Assembly: GCF_963921235.1 (NCBI RefSeq)
Contig: NC_086097.1
Coordinates: 13,640,001-13,704,000, forward strand
Direction: 5' to 3'
DNA length: 64,000 nt
From: Mobula hypostoma
Lineage: Eukaryota
This document shows, one piece after another, positions 37,416-49,690 of this stretch; within the stretch, counting starts at the first letter, position 1, and each line of letters opens with the position of its first letter. The notes under the pieces were generated by a model. That model was not told where the DNA came from. It did not search any database and saw only the letters and a list, made by a program, of their open reading frames with translations. Made by a program: the position numbers and the translations under genes.

Positions 37416-37716
37416 CTAATTTGAGGAAGTAATCAAAAAAAAATTGAAGGCAGGATGGTAGACCTTATCTATGTGGACTTTAGTAAGGCACTTATGAAAG
37501 TCCGTCATGGTAGGCTGGTCTAGAAGATCAATCAAATCAAAATTATAATTTCTTCACTGCCAGTATGTTCAAAGTTCAAAATTCAAAGTAAATTTTATTA
37601 TCCAAGTACATGTATGTCACCATACACAAGCCTGAGTTTCATTTTCTTGCTGGCATACTCAATAAATCCAATATAGAATAATAACCATAATAGAATCAAT
37701 GATGGACCCCAGTAAC

Positions 37717-38345
37717 TTTTTTTTAGATTATGAGGACACGCAGTCCTCTTTTATTGTCATTTAGTAATGCATGCATGAAGAAATGATACAATATTTTCTC
37801 CGGTGTGATATCACAAAACACAGGACGGACCAAGACTGAAAAAACTGACAAAACCACATAATTATAACATATAGTTACAACAGTGCAACAATACCATAAC
37901 TTGATGAAGAAGTCCATGAGCACAGTAAAGTTCAAAGTCTCTCAAATATCCCACATCTCACGCAGACGGGAGAAGGAAGAAAAACTCTCCATGCCATGCC
38001 GACCACAATCCGACTCTGAGTCATCCGAAAACTTCGAGCTCTGACCAGCTCTCTGACACCGAGTACTGAGCACCATCTCTGTCCGAACAATTCGACCTCC
38101 TTCCCGGTCGCCAAAAGCAGGCAAGGCCGGGGATTTTGAGGCCTACCATCCGAAAGATTCCCGACCACGTAGTAACGACAGCAGCGAACGGGCGTTTCAG
38201 AAATTTCCCCAGATGTACTTCTGTGCTTTCACGTCCATTCTCCATCAAATCGGAATTGTCCACGGCCTCTATTTAACAGATACGATATCATTTTCCACCG
38301 GAGGGCTGCACACGCGCAGGCATGTCGCCATCTTCTCCTCCCACC
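37717..38345 (-). mobile_element. CpG-rich non-autonomous retroposon (about 630 bp)
   Basis: Begins AAGATGGCG and ends AATAAAAGAGGACTGCGTGTCCTCATAATCT plus an A tail. The same tail occurs at about 58652-58702(+). No recognisable protein. Confidence 0.7.
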
Positions 38346-38450
38346 TTACTTGAGTATTAAGTTGAATACTGAGTATTAAGAAATAATGGTAATAAATAAA
38401 TAAGTGATAAATATCAAGAACATGAGAAGAAGAGTCCTTGAAAGAGAGCC

Positions 38451-39406
38451 ACACACATCAAAGTTGCTGGTGAACACAGCAGGCCAAGCAGCATCTATAG
38501 GAAGAGGCGCAGTCGACGTTTCAGGCCGAGACCCTTCGTCAGGACTAACTGAAGGAAGAGTGAGTAAGGGATTTGAAAGCTGGAGGGGGAGGGGGAGATG
38601 CAAAATGATAGGAGAAGACAGGAGGGGGAGGGATAGAGCCGAGAGCTGGACAGGTGATAGGCAAAAGGGGATACGAGAGGATCATGGAACAGGAGGTCCG
38701 GGAAGAAAGACGGTGGGGGGTGACCCAGAGGATGGGCAAGAGGTATATTCAGAGGGACAGAGGGAGAAAAAGGAGAGTGAGAGAAAGAATGTGTGCATAA
38801 AAATGAGTAACAGATGGGGTACGAGGGGGAGGTGGGGCCTAGCGGAAGTTAGAGAAGTCAATGTTCATGCCATCAGGTTGGAGGCTACCCAGACGGAATA
38901 TAAGGTGTTGTTCCTCCAACCTGAGTGTGGCTTCATCTTTACAGTAGAGGAGGCCGTGGATAGACATGTCAGAATGGGAATGGGATGTGGAATTAAAATG
39001 TGTGGCCACTGGGAGATCCTGCTTTCTCTGGCGGACAGAGCGTAGATGTTCAGCAAAGCGGTCTCCCAGTCTGCGTCGGGTCTCACCAATATATAAAAGG
39101 CCACATCGGGAGCACCGGACGCAGTATATCACCCCAGTTGACTCACAGGTGAAGTGATGCCTCACCTGGAAGGACTGTTTGGGGCCCTGAATGGTGGTAA
39201 GGGAGGAAGTGTAAGGGCATGTGTAGCACTTGTTCCGCTTACACGGATAAGTGCCAGGAGTGAGATCAGTGGGGAGGGATGGGGGGGACGAATGGACAAG
39301 GGAGTTGTGTAGGGAGCGATCCCTGCGGAATGCAGAGGGGGGGGGAGGGAAAGATTTGCTTAGTGGTGGGATCCCGTTGGAGGTGGCGGAAGTTACGGAG
39401 AAAGTT
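38451..39406 (-). mobile_element. Penelope-like element (Neptune-type), 5'-truncated, with open GIY-YIG domain
   Basis: ORF 38839-39459: AFRRDRSL...CKRNKCYTC linker, VIYCVRCSRCGLLYIGETRRRLGDRFAEH...GMN. 11-bp TSD GAAAGAGAGCC (38440-38450/39446-39456). Confidence 0.95.
38511..38546 (-). ncRNA. Minimal type I hammerhead ribozyme motif (PLE-associated)
   Basis: Reverse complement AGTC-CTGACGA-A-GGG(TCTCGG)CCT-GAAA-CGTC-GACT. Core and helix I intact. Confidence 0.8.
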
Positions 39407-40175
39407 ACGAGAGTAAGCCTGTAAAACAAGCTTCTTCCTGAGGGAGAAAGAGAGCCCATAGGTTGTGGGAACAGTTCAGTAATGGGGCAAGTTGAGCGAA
39501 GTTATCCCGTTTGGTTCAAGAACCTGATGGTTGAGGTGTAATAACTGTTCCTGAACTTGAATGTATTTCTGTGCCAAGCATAAAACACAGGACAATACCA
39601 TAACGGGCAACATAATAGCAGCCAACAACTTACATGACAGTAGTGGTGCATGTTATCCAAAATGAGCTGCCAATTGAATGAAAAATTGGCTTGGTGGTAG
39701 AACGCAGAGTTATGGTGGAAGGTTGTTTCTTTGACTGGAAGTCCATGTTCAGCAATGTACCACAGGGATCAGTGCTGGCACCTTGTTATTTGTTCTATAA
39801 ATTAATGACTTGGGTGTAAATATAGGAGGTATGTTCAGTGACATTAACATTGGTGGTATTGTGGATAGTATGATAGCTGTCTAAAATTATAGAGCTATAA
39901 GACATTGTTGAGGATCCCTATCACCCATCCTACAATAGAATAGAATAGAACTTCATTGTCAATGCTCAAGACAATGAAATTGCGCTGCTGTCCAGTTCAT
40001 GCAAAACAGGTTTTTACATTATAGCTTAATTTAAAAAAACTCCCAAATTTACATGAAGCAAGAACTATAGGAGTCCATAACACTCAAAGGCCATTGGCTA
40101 GCTGGGGTGTAGTATTACTTGGCTACATGCCTGCCCTCAGGAAGAAGCTTGTTTTACAGGCTTACTCTCGTGGCT

Positions 40176-40512
40176 AAGATGTTTGACGTCCTTGAGTGGC
40201 CAGTCAAAGTCCTGATTTTAGCCCGATCAAACATGTCTGGGTAGACCTCAAGATTGCTCTCCAGTGCTGCGAAAGGTGGTTCAACCAAGTGCCGATCAAG
40301 TGGAGATGAATACACTTGAACTGCTGACATTACAGGTTTTGAATGTTTAGTTTTTCATGCTTTACATTTTCCCTGTTTTTTAGGCTCTACAGTGAGAAAA
40401 GGAGCATGTGACTCACAAATAAATATTTTTAATTAAATTGATCAAAATCCTTGGTTGTAATACTCATTTATATGAACAAAGAGTTGGGGACTGAATATTT
40501 TTAAAGACACTG
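40176..40512 (+). mobile_element. Tc1 3' fragment with TIR
   Basis: GTCCTTGAGTGGCCAGTCAAAGTCCTGATTTTAGCCCGATC encodes VLEWPSQSPDL-like (frameshifted). Ends ...GACACTG, then (TG)/(TA) repeats. Confidence 0.85.
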
Positions 40513-40572
40513 TGTGTGTATGTATGTATGTATGTATATATATATGTAGTTGCATATGAGAATGCTGTTAGA

Positions 40573-40718
40573 CAACAAAGATATTGCTTCCGGAATATTT
40601 TTAGTTGTATCTTATGGATTTTTGGCTGCTGATCATGAAAATCATGATAATATTTCCCTATTACACACCATTTTAAAAAAAAATTGCCTATATATGTTAT
40701 TTCAATTAATAATTCAAG
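40573..40718 (+). mobile_element. Chapaev3-like transposon terminal fragment
   Basis: 40642-40718 is the reverse complement of 42530-42603. Confidence 0.65.
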
Positions 40719-41129
40719 AAATTGAACGGACAGTGTCTGGGAAGGGATGGTTCTTTATTGATGTAACAAGCATGCCATAGGCATCGAGTGTTGTACAGAT
40801 TGTCTCCAGGTCCGGGAGTTGAAAAAAAATCCCATCTGACCTACTCCCGTCAGGGAGTAGTCATTAGGGTACTGCAAGTCTGTGTCATGCTTGAGTGCTC
40901 GGTGGGTGGCGCTGATGCTTTTTTGCTGGTATGGGTCATTGCTTTCCTACTGCTTATGCATGGAAGGGGGGAGTTTGTGGGCGGGATTTGGGGTTCTAAC
41001 ATTTAACTGTCATTCATTCTTTGGGGCACTCCTCTGTTTTCATGGATGTTTGCAAAGAAAAAGAATTTCTGGATGTATATTGTATACATTTCTGAGACAT
41101 TAAATGTACCTTTGAAACCTGTTGAAACA

Positions 41130-41760
41130 TTGGAGCGCCCCAAGCTAACTATGTGGTGCCAGTTGTATGCAGTTCTGGTCACCAAACAGTAGGAAACGTG
41201 GTTGTGCCAGAGGGAAGGCAGAGAAGATTGATCAGGATGTTGCTTTGATTGGAGGACCTTAGTTATGAGGGGAGATTAAATAATCTCAGTTTGTTTTCTC
41301 TGGAGCTAAGGAGGCTGAGGAGTGACCTGATAGAGGTATGTAAAATTGCAAGAGAAATAGATAATCAAAATTGTTCATTCTTTATGCACCATGTGTATGA
41401 CATGAGTGATCATGCCCTCTCCATGACCATACTTTTTCTTGGCAAAGTGGTTTGCCATTGCCTTCTTCTGGGCAGTGTCTCACAGCAGAGGTACCAAAAA
41501 TGGCAAACCATAGGCTTAAGTTATAAAAGAAATTTGAGGGGCAAGTATTGTCTGATATTCAGAACATGCTGCCAAAGGAAGTGGTGGAATCAGGTACAAT
41601 CAGCATATTTAAGAAACAATTAGACAGACACTTAAACAGGAAGGCAAGGTTTGGAAGGAGATTGTTCTAATGCAGGCAAAAGGGATTAAAGTAGGTGGAC
41701 AGAAAGGCCATTATGGACATGGTTGGCCGAAGGACCCTTTTCAGTGTTGTGCAACTCTAT
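41130..41760 (+). mobile_element. Degenerate CR1 3' fragment with nested SINE piece
   Basis: LSYEGRLNNLSLFSLELRRLRSDLIEVCKI. Confidence 0.85.
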
Positions 41761-41903
41761 AATCACAAACTGAGTTCCTGTGTGGCTGGAGAAGAACATG
41801 AAAGTGAAGATGTTCAGGTGAATTTGCTTTTTCCTTCTCACGTTCTTGAGTCTGTAGGGTTGGGAGCAGAAACATAACGCAATATTAATCAACTGTTAGA
41901 AAA

Positions 41904-42604
41904 CAATGGCCAACAAATTTTTTGAAAATGTTGCTTCCTCAGAAATTTATTTTTTGATTATGATAGACCACTTGAAGCTGAACGCAAATATAATTTCAGA
42001 CTACTTGTATCACATAGGAATTTGGAAAACAAGAAATTAACTTCCATGAATATAATGCATTTAATTGCATAATGGTGCTGATGCGTTGCAATAGTTCAAC
42101 TGAGTAAAAATGTTGATGTTTTTCATTTGTACTCAATATCTGCGGCTTCTGGCTCAGTGTCCAACAACAATCAGCTAGCGTTGATGCATTCCAGTTGTCT
42201 TGATACCATTTCTCCATGATCGCAATGTCCTGGTGAAACCTTTCACCATGCTCGTTACAGACAGCACCAAGATTTGAGGGGAAGAAGTTTAAATATGAAT
42301 GCAGAAAATGAACCTTCAGTGACATGTTGCACTTCATGTTGTCAACCAGCTGCATACAGTTTGGTGCTCTGTAGTTGCCAAGAAAATTTTCAACAACATT
42401 CTTTAATGCCTTCCATGCGATTTTCTCTGATCCCACTAGAAATTCTTCAAATTGCCTATCATTGATGACCAGTTTTATTTGTGGACCAAAAGAAAATGCC
42501 TTCCTTAACCTTGTCATCATTTATTCTGACTTGAATTATTAATTGAAATAACATATATAGGCAATTTTTAAAAAACGGTGTGTAATAGGGAAATTTTATC
42601 ATGA
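41904..42604 (-). mobile_element. Chapaev3-like (CMC) DNA transposon remnant
   Basis: ORF 41996-42520 GPQIK...FLGN...CNMSLKVHFLHS...EHGERFHQDI..ME..YQ...LADCCWTL. Terminus CAATGGCCAACAAA at 41904. Confidence 0.8.
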
Positions 42605-44752
42605 AAAACTATACATTCAAAAACTGAAATGTCAGCAGGTCAAGCCTATTCATCCCCTTTTGATCGGCACTTGGTTGAACCACCTTTCGCAGCACTGGAC
42701 AGCAATCTTGAGGTCTAGCCAGAGATGTTTGATCAGGCTAAAATCAGGACTTTGACTGGCTACTCAAGGACATCAAATTTCTTCATTTGAAGCTAATCCA
42801 TGGTTGCTCTGGCAGTATGCTCTGGGCTGTATCCTGTTGAAAGACAAACTTCCTCCCCAGTTTAAGCTTTCATACAAACATAGAAAACATACAGCACAGT
42901 ACAGATCCTTAACATGTTCTTACCTTAGAACTAGCTAGGTTTTACCCATAGCCCTCTATTTTTCCAAGCTCCATGTACCTATCCATGAGTCTCTTAAAAG
43001 ACCCTATCGTTTCCGCCTCCACCATCGCCGCCGTTCCACACATTCACTACTCTCTGCGTAAAAAAACTTACCCGTGACTGCTCCTATGTACCTACTTCCG
43101 AGCATCTTAAAACCGTGTCCTCTTGTGTTAGCCATTTCAGCCCTGGGAAAAAGCCTCTGACTATCCACACGATCAATACCTCTCATTATCTTTTACATCT
43201 CTATCAGGTTACCTCTCATCCTCCATCACTCCAAGGAGAAAAGGCCGAGTTCACTCAACCTGTTTTCATAAGGCATTCTCCCCAATCCAGGCAACATCCT
43301 TGTAAGTCTCCTCTGCACTCTTTCTATGGTTTCCACGCCCTTCCTATAGTGAGGTGACCAGAGTTGAGCACAGTACAAGTGAGGTCTGACCAGGGTCCTA
43401 TATAGCTGCAAGATTACCTCTTGGCTCGAAACTCAATCCCACGATTGATCAAAACCAATGCACCGTATGCTTTCTTAACCATAGAGTCAACCTGCATAGC
43501 AGCTTTGAGTGTCCTATGGACTTGGACCCCGAGATCCCTCTAATCCTCTACACTGCCAAGAGTCTTACCATTAATACTATACTCTGCCATCATATTTGAC
43601 CTACCAAAATGAACCACCTCACACTGATCTGGGTTGAACTCCATCTGTCACTTCTCAGCCCAGTTTTGCATCCTATCAATTTCCCATTGTAACCTCTGAC
43701 AGCCCTCCACACTATCCACAACACCCCCAATCTTTGTGTCATCAGCAAATTTACTAACCCATCCTTCCACTTCCTCATCTAGGTCATGTCTAGCAGACTA
43801 GTGACTTTTTATCCAGGATCTTTCTGTATTTAGCAGTATTCACCTTCCCATCAATTCTGACCAGATTTCCAGTTCCTGCTGCTGAAAAGTATCCCCATAG
43901 CATGATGAGGGATGATGTTACCTGCCTGATACACAGCATTAGATTTACGCCACATGTACCGTTTAGTGTTGAGGCCAAAATATTCCACTTTAGTCTCATC
44001 TGACCAGAAGACCTTCTTCCACTTCTTTAGAGTATCTTCTAAGTGACATTTTGCAAAGTCTTTAGGGACAAAGATATGTTTTTTTTTTAGCCAGGGTTTC
44101 TTTCTTGCAACTCTTCCAGAAATACTCTTTTTGTCCAAGGCCTTGGAGAATATGGAGCCACGAACTTCATCTCTAGTTGTTGCCATTGACTTCTGCAGCT
44201 CACTCATAGTGGCTGTTGGCATCACAGTAGCCCCTCTTACAAATGCTATTCTTGTTTAGTGACTAAGTTTAGAGTGGCAGCCTGATGTAAGCGTTATGGC
44301 TGTGGTTTCATATTTTTTCCACTTTTCCATGGTGGACTACTCTGATCTCCGAGGTATGATTAATGCCTTTGAAAAGATCATGTACACTTCCCCAGATCTG
44401 TGCTTCTCTGCTATAATTTCCCTGACTTATCTTGAATGATCTTTTGTCTTCATTTTGGTTTGGTCTGTTGAAAATCCACCATTCTGTTGGATCTTACAGT
44501 GAGAGGTGTTATTTATTCTTATGAATCCATTGAAAACAGGTGATCCTCCAATTTTGTGCATCAACAAATTGGGTGAGTTAGTAAATTGTGGACAAGTTTT
44601 GGATTTTTTTTTGATTGGACATGATGCACATTGTATTGTAAATTAGCACAAAAATCCTACTTCAATATACTTAAATCTAGAAAAGAAGACAGTAAAATGT
44701 GAAAATAAATGTGAAAATAGTTGTTGGGGCTGAATCCTTTTCCAAGGCACTG
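42600..44752 (-). mobile_element. Tc1 transposon (degenerate DD34E transposase), interrupted by CR1, 3' end deleted
   Basis: ORFs GRVARKKPWL...WKKVFWSDETK and MLWGYFSAAGTGNLVRIDGKVN. FVFQQD and EWPSQSPD remnants at 42700-42870. TIR CAGTGCCTTGGAAAAGGATTCAGCCCC begins at 44752. Confidence 0.92.
42871..43789 (-). mobile_element. CR1 LINE 3' fragment nested in Tc1
   Basis: LYRTLVRPHL...ERVQRRLTRMLPGL...LGLFSLE and MRGIDRVDSQRLFP. Confidence 0.92.
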
Positions 44753-44753
44753 T

Positions 44754-44754
<1 letters not shown>

Positions 44755-44803
<49 letters not shown>
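44755..44803. repeat. (GT)n microsatellite
   Basis: About 24 GT units directly after the Tc1 TIR. Confidence 0.95.
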
Positions 44804-44805
<2 letters not shown>

Positions 44806-44971
44806 CATATGTTTGCTGGAATCTGAATGGTCAGTTTGGTTGAGTCAGTCTCTGTTAGGTCTTGAGTGCCTCTGTAGTCCATCTGATTCTTTGCAATGGT
44901 TGCTTCTAAATGAATGGCTTTCTGATCTTCTTTCAAGTGCACTTATGTGTAAACCACTCAATATGGCATGG

Positions 44972-45225
44972 GTTAGGTACAGAGGAGATGACAGGGGTAA
45001 GTTTTTTTACGTACAGAGTGGTGAGTGCGTGGAATGGGCTGCCAGCTACAGTGGTGGAGGTGGATACGATAGGGTCTTTTAAGAGATTCCTGGATAGGTA
45101 CATAGAGCTTATAAAAATAGAGGGCTATGGGTAACCCTAGGTAATCTCTATGGTAAGGACGTGTTTGGCACAGTTTTGTGGGCCGAAGGGCCTGTATTGT
45201 GCTGTAGATTTTCTATGTTTCTATG
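44972..45225 (+). mobile_element. CR1 extreme 3' fragment
   Basis: RVVSAWNGLP...FKRFLD. Tail TTCTATGTTTCTATG. Confidence 0.9.
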
Positions 45226-46419
45226 GGATCCAGTGATATCTATTTATAAAGTTTGTTTAATTGCTCAGGAAAGGTTTGATCTTGTATTTATGAAGAGAAA
45301 AATGCTTCATGTGGAGGATCGTAAATCTTTGGAATTCCCTACCCAGAGAGCAGTAGGAGGAGTCAGTCACTGAGTACACTCAAGGTGGAGGCAGATGGAT
45401 TTTGCAGCTCTGAAAGGATCACTTCCAGGTGGAATGGACAGGAAAATAGATTTGACTTACAGTCTTAGAAAGGCAGGCGGTACAGAACCGAACTGCTTGG
45501 CACACCAATTCATGCTGGCCATCAAATAGCCATCTACTTACCAGCACTCAACCTGCAGCATTATATAGCAATAGGGTGGCTCAGTAGTGTAGAGGGCAGC
45601 ACAACTGAGTAGCGGGCAACATAGTAGAGTAGCAGTTCGCACAATCATTTTACGGCAACAGCGATCACCAATCAGGGTTTGAATCCCAGCGCTGTTTGTG
45701 AGGAGTTTGTATGTTCTCACCATGAATGTGTGAGTTTTCTCTGGGTGCTTCAGCTTCTTCTCACATTCCAAAGATATATAGTGTAGTTAGTGTTAGTGAG
45801 GTGCAGACATGCTGTGTTGGAAACCAGAAACATGGCAGCACTTGCAGGCTGCTCCCTGCACAATTGTTGGCTCAAAATGACACATTTCACTGCATGTCTT
45901 AATGTACTTACTAATCGTAAACCTCAAAAGACAAAATCCAGGTCTAGTTTATTGTCATATCTCAAGTACATGTTTGCACAGAAAATCTTACAAACGGTAA
46001 TTGTAGCAGCATCACAAGCACATATTTATCGTCTATTTATTCATTATCATTATTTTTCTCTATCTGCACAGTTTACTGTCTTCTGCACTCTGTACTCTTG
46101 AACACTGTAGTTGGGTGGTCTTTCATTTATTCTGTTTTAGTTATTATTCTATAAATTTATTTAGTATGCCCACAAGGAAATCAATCTCAGGGTGGCATAT
46201 GGTGACATATACAGTATGTATATTGATAATTAAGTTTACTTTGAACTTTGAACGTAGCAGCATTCACAAGCAAAACATAAATTATACATAATTATACAAG
46301 AAAGAACACAGTTAAAGACGAAAAAAGAAAACAAAACTTTGGCATGGGCATTATCTTTCTGAGTGCTTGAGATCTAGAGAGCCTACTCCTAGTTTCAATT
46401 TGTCTTATGTTTTAAAAAA

Positions 46420-46741
46420 CAGTGGAGGTTGGTTGTAGGGGATTCGTAGCACGTTCCTTAGTTAGAACCTTCAGCATTTTGGGCATCGAGGGAGAGGGGA
46501 AGAGGAGAGCCATCCGCAGTACCACCGATGCGGCAGAGAGGGCCTCAAGATGGCTGTGGCTCAAAAGAGGGGAGCCATGGAGTCATAAGTAGCTAGCCAT
46601 CTGGACACAAGCTGGGGTCTGATCAGCCCCGGCTGGGTCACCTGGAGGAGGTTGTATGATGTTGAAAGACCCGAAACACCCGATGATTCCAGGAGCATCA
46701 CTGAAGATGTGTCCAGAAGCATCAATAGATGTATGTACACA
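46420..46741 (+). mobile_element. Hero-clade (R2 group, restriction-like endonuclease) non-LTR retrotransposon 3' fragment
   Basis: Uninterrupted frame 46422-46592, absent from the ORF track: VEVGCRGFVARSL...RAIRSTTDAAERASRWLWLKRGEPWSHK*. VEVGxRGF and AERASRWLWLKR are Hero-type C-terminal motifs. Structured 3' UTR follows. Confidence 0.82.
46601..46716 (+). ncRNA. Candidate strand-rearranged hammerhead-like RNA in Hero 3' UTR
   Basis: GUA triplet 46654-46656, GAAA 46673-46676, CUGAAGA 46701-46707 and six complementary segment pairs (see findings). Confidence 0.5.
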
Positions 46742-48289
46742 GCCATTTTATTTCTGGATCAATAAAAATGTCCAGACCCCAAAATAGGAGCCCAGCATTC
46801 CAGGGGCACAAACACTACTGTAAGGTAAAGCAGCAATTCATTTCTTCAAATCTAGTAGGAATAAGAACGAGATGCACATTTACTGCAGAATAGTGAGGTT
46901 AACATTAGGGAGATTCAGAATGTCACCAATGTTCAAATAAAACTATACAAAATGGACTGTACAAAGTATCCTGATTGGTTGTGGATGTGAAAATAAACTT
47001 GGCTTGATTTGATGTGACTTGCATCCATGGATTATCAGAAACAGAATCAGAATCAGAATAAATTTTAATATTGTAAGGAGATGTTCAAGCCTGTTAGAGA
47101 GTATTGGGCTCCAAAGTTTTTAGAGCACTGAATTGGTTAATTGTTTTTTAATAAAAGTTATTAATTATCTATAGTTTGTAATGTGGTCCCCTGGTGCTTT
47201 CTGTTTAAACTTGTTAAGTTTATTTTGATAGGCTTGGAGGTTCTTTGTTATTTAAGTCAACACCAATAGGTTGTGCAAAAAGAGAGCAAAAATAGAAAAA
47301 AAAAGTGACGTATCTTCTGCAGTTGCATTAAAAAAAAGGATGTGAGAAGTAAAATGTATGATGGTGGGGGAGGAAGATCAGTCTGGGTGTTGTAATGCAA
47401 AAGTGGTCCCTTCAAAATGCTGAGGAAGTGGGAGATAAGTTGTTGTGTTATAGAATAAGATTGTTTTGTAAAGGCAATCTAATGGTGTCATTGTTACCAT
47501 GACTGATATAAATTTTTCATTTAAAAGTTGGCAAATTACTTGACGGTAAGTTCCCCAGTTGCGGCAGTATAATTTGTTCTCAGTCCTCTGGATCCACAGT
47601 CTAGACAACTAGAGAGCAATCCAGCAATTAACCACGACAACACCCTACCCCTGAGGCTACTACAATCTGTACCAGGGCAGGAAGATGAGGCGTCAGCTTC
47701 TTCTCAGCATTGTTAATACACTTTAGGTTTCAGATTTCATGTGAGCCAATCCAGTCAAAATCTCATCACTCTGAACATGTGAGGTCTGATCCAAAGTAAT
47801 TCACATTGTTGGAGTTCATCTTATTGAGGGCCAAGGCTTTCTAATAGCTGTAATGGAGTATCAGTTAGATTCAGGAAAAGAGCTTGAAATATCAAACTTC
47901 CTTTTGACATTTTAAAGCATTAGAGCAATTTAAAACCACAAATGGTGTTACTTGTGGCAGGTAGGATACTTTGCTGCCTTACAGTAACTGGACCATTATA
48001 CCATGTAGTACACAGTGAATCTCTTTCCATGATGCATTTGTGCTTAATCTGACCTCCCCACTCAAACCACAAAGTAACTCCTTGGCTAAGGAGAACATTC
48101 TCTCGCTGGTGCCCATGGTCATTTTGTAAACCTCAGCCTGCTCTTCTCCAAGGAGAACAAACCCATCTTCACCTGAACATAGCTGAAATGCTACATCCCA
48201 GGAATTCTTAGTCAATATCCTCTGAACCCTCTCCAGCACAATCACCTCTCTCCAAGGATATAGTGAACAGAACTACACTCAGTATTCCA

Positions 48290-48500
48290 TCTATACCACC
48301 CCGTCTGGCGCCAACAGTCATTCCACAATTCAAGTTACTTGGATCAAATTTCTTCACCATTATGATGTTTAGTCTGAACAGAAACCTCTTGACCATGTTT
48401 GCGTGCTTTTATGCATTGAATTGCTGCCATCTGATTGGTTGATTAAATATTTGCATTAACGAGCAGGTATAGAGTGTACCTAATAAAATGACTGGTGGGT
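48290..48500 (-). mobile_element. Tc1 non-autonomous element fragment (family of 708-1169)
   Basis: GMTVGARRGG remnant. TIR GTGTACCTAATAAAATGAC. Confidence 0.8.
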
Positions 48501-48549
48501 CTTGGACCTAGTTTTACTAGTCCAACTTCACTAACCCCACACCCCTTGA

Positions 48550-49690
48550 TTCCCTTAAAAATATAAATATCTATCAACTTTGAACTTCAATGTACTCAGT
48601 GGGTGAGCTTCCAGCATGGATAGAGAGATGCAAAAAAAAACTGCCTTTTCACTTCTTTACTGAATCTTCCAACACTTGTATTGGGAATTATCACTCCTGG
48701 TTATAGACACTCTGTTCGAGGAAACCTCCATACACCTACCATGTCTGGTTCTCTGGCAATATTTTGTTTCTGTGAGATCACCACTCATTCTTCAAAACTT
48801 GAGAGAGGATATAAGCTCTTTATGCTAAACCTTTCCTTGAGTGACAAACTCACAATCATGGAATCCAAATACAAGTTAACCACATTCTCTCTGTTGCAAT
48901 TATTTCCTTTTTTAGGTATGGCGTTGAGACTTGGGTACAATATTGCAGATGGGATCTCACCAGGGCCCTCTATAATTGGTACAAGTTTTCTCAATTCTTG
49001 TACTTAAATCCATCTGCAATAAAGGCCAATACAACATTTGTCTTCCTCTTTTCTTGCTGTGTGTGATTCAGTGATGTGTGTACAAGGCCAACAGGGTCCC
49101 TCGGAGCAACAACTTCCAGTCTCTGAACTTTTTAAAAAGTACTCAATCTTTCTATTTCTTTTGTCAAAGTGGAAGACTTCATGACTTTCCACATTATGCT
49201 CCATCTGCCATGTTCTCATCCATTATCGGAAACCTGGCCATCTTCCCCGAAAGACCCTCTGAAACCTCCTCACAGACTAGACCAACAGCTATCATTGTAA
49301 ACATGGAGGCAGTACTCTTCCTGATTGCTGATAGAGACTGAAAATATTTGATGACATACGACCAGTCACTCTGGCCCCAATAATCATTGTCTCCCAACTC
49401 AAAAATGATCTGTGCACTCCTCCATTGACTGAACCCAATCTGTACCTACATATTACCATAAGTGTTACGTGCTTTAATTTAGTCTAATAATCTCACGTGT
49501 TACTTCATTAAAACCTTCTGAAATCCTAAATATGCCACATCAGCTGTTTCCCCTTATCTATTCTACATCACCTAAATGCTCAAAGAGATTTCTAAGACAT
49601 GATTTCTCATCCACAATTATGTTATCATTTTCTAAGAGTCCTTTACCCACTTCTTTGATGATACATTCCAGCATTTTTCCAACTGATACT
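48550..49690 (-). mobile_element. Old CR1 fragments
   Basis: WQMEHNVESHEVFHF (ORF 49004-49219) and flanking decayed RT sequence. Confidence 0.65.

Noticed and set aside
38404..39045. 213-aa + strand ORF (also 2631-3110 and 9672-9942)
   Set aside because: Antisense or UTR read-through of Penelope-like elements with biased composition.
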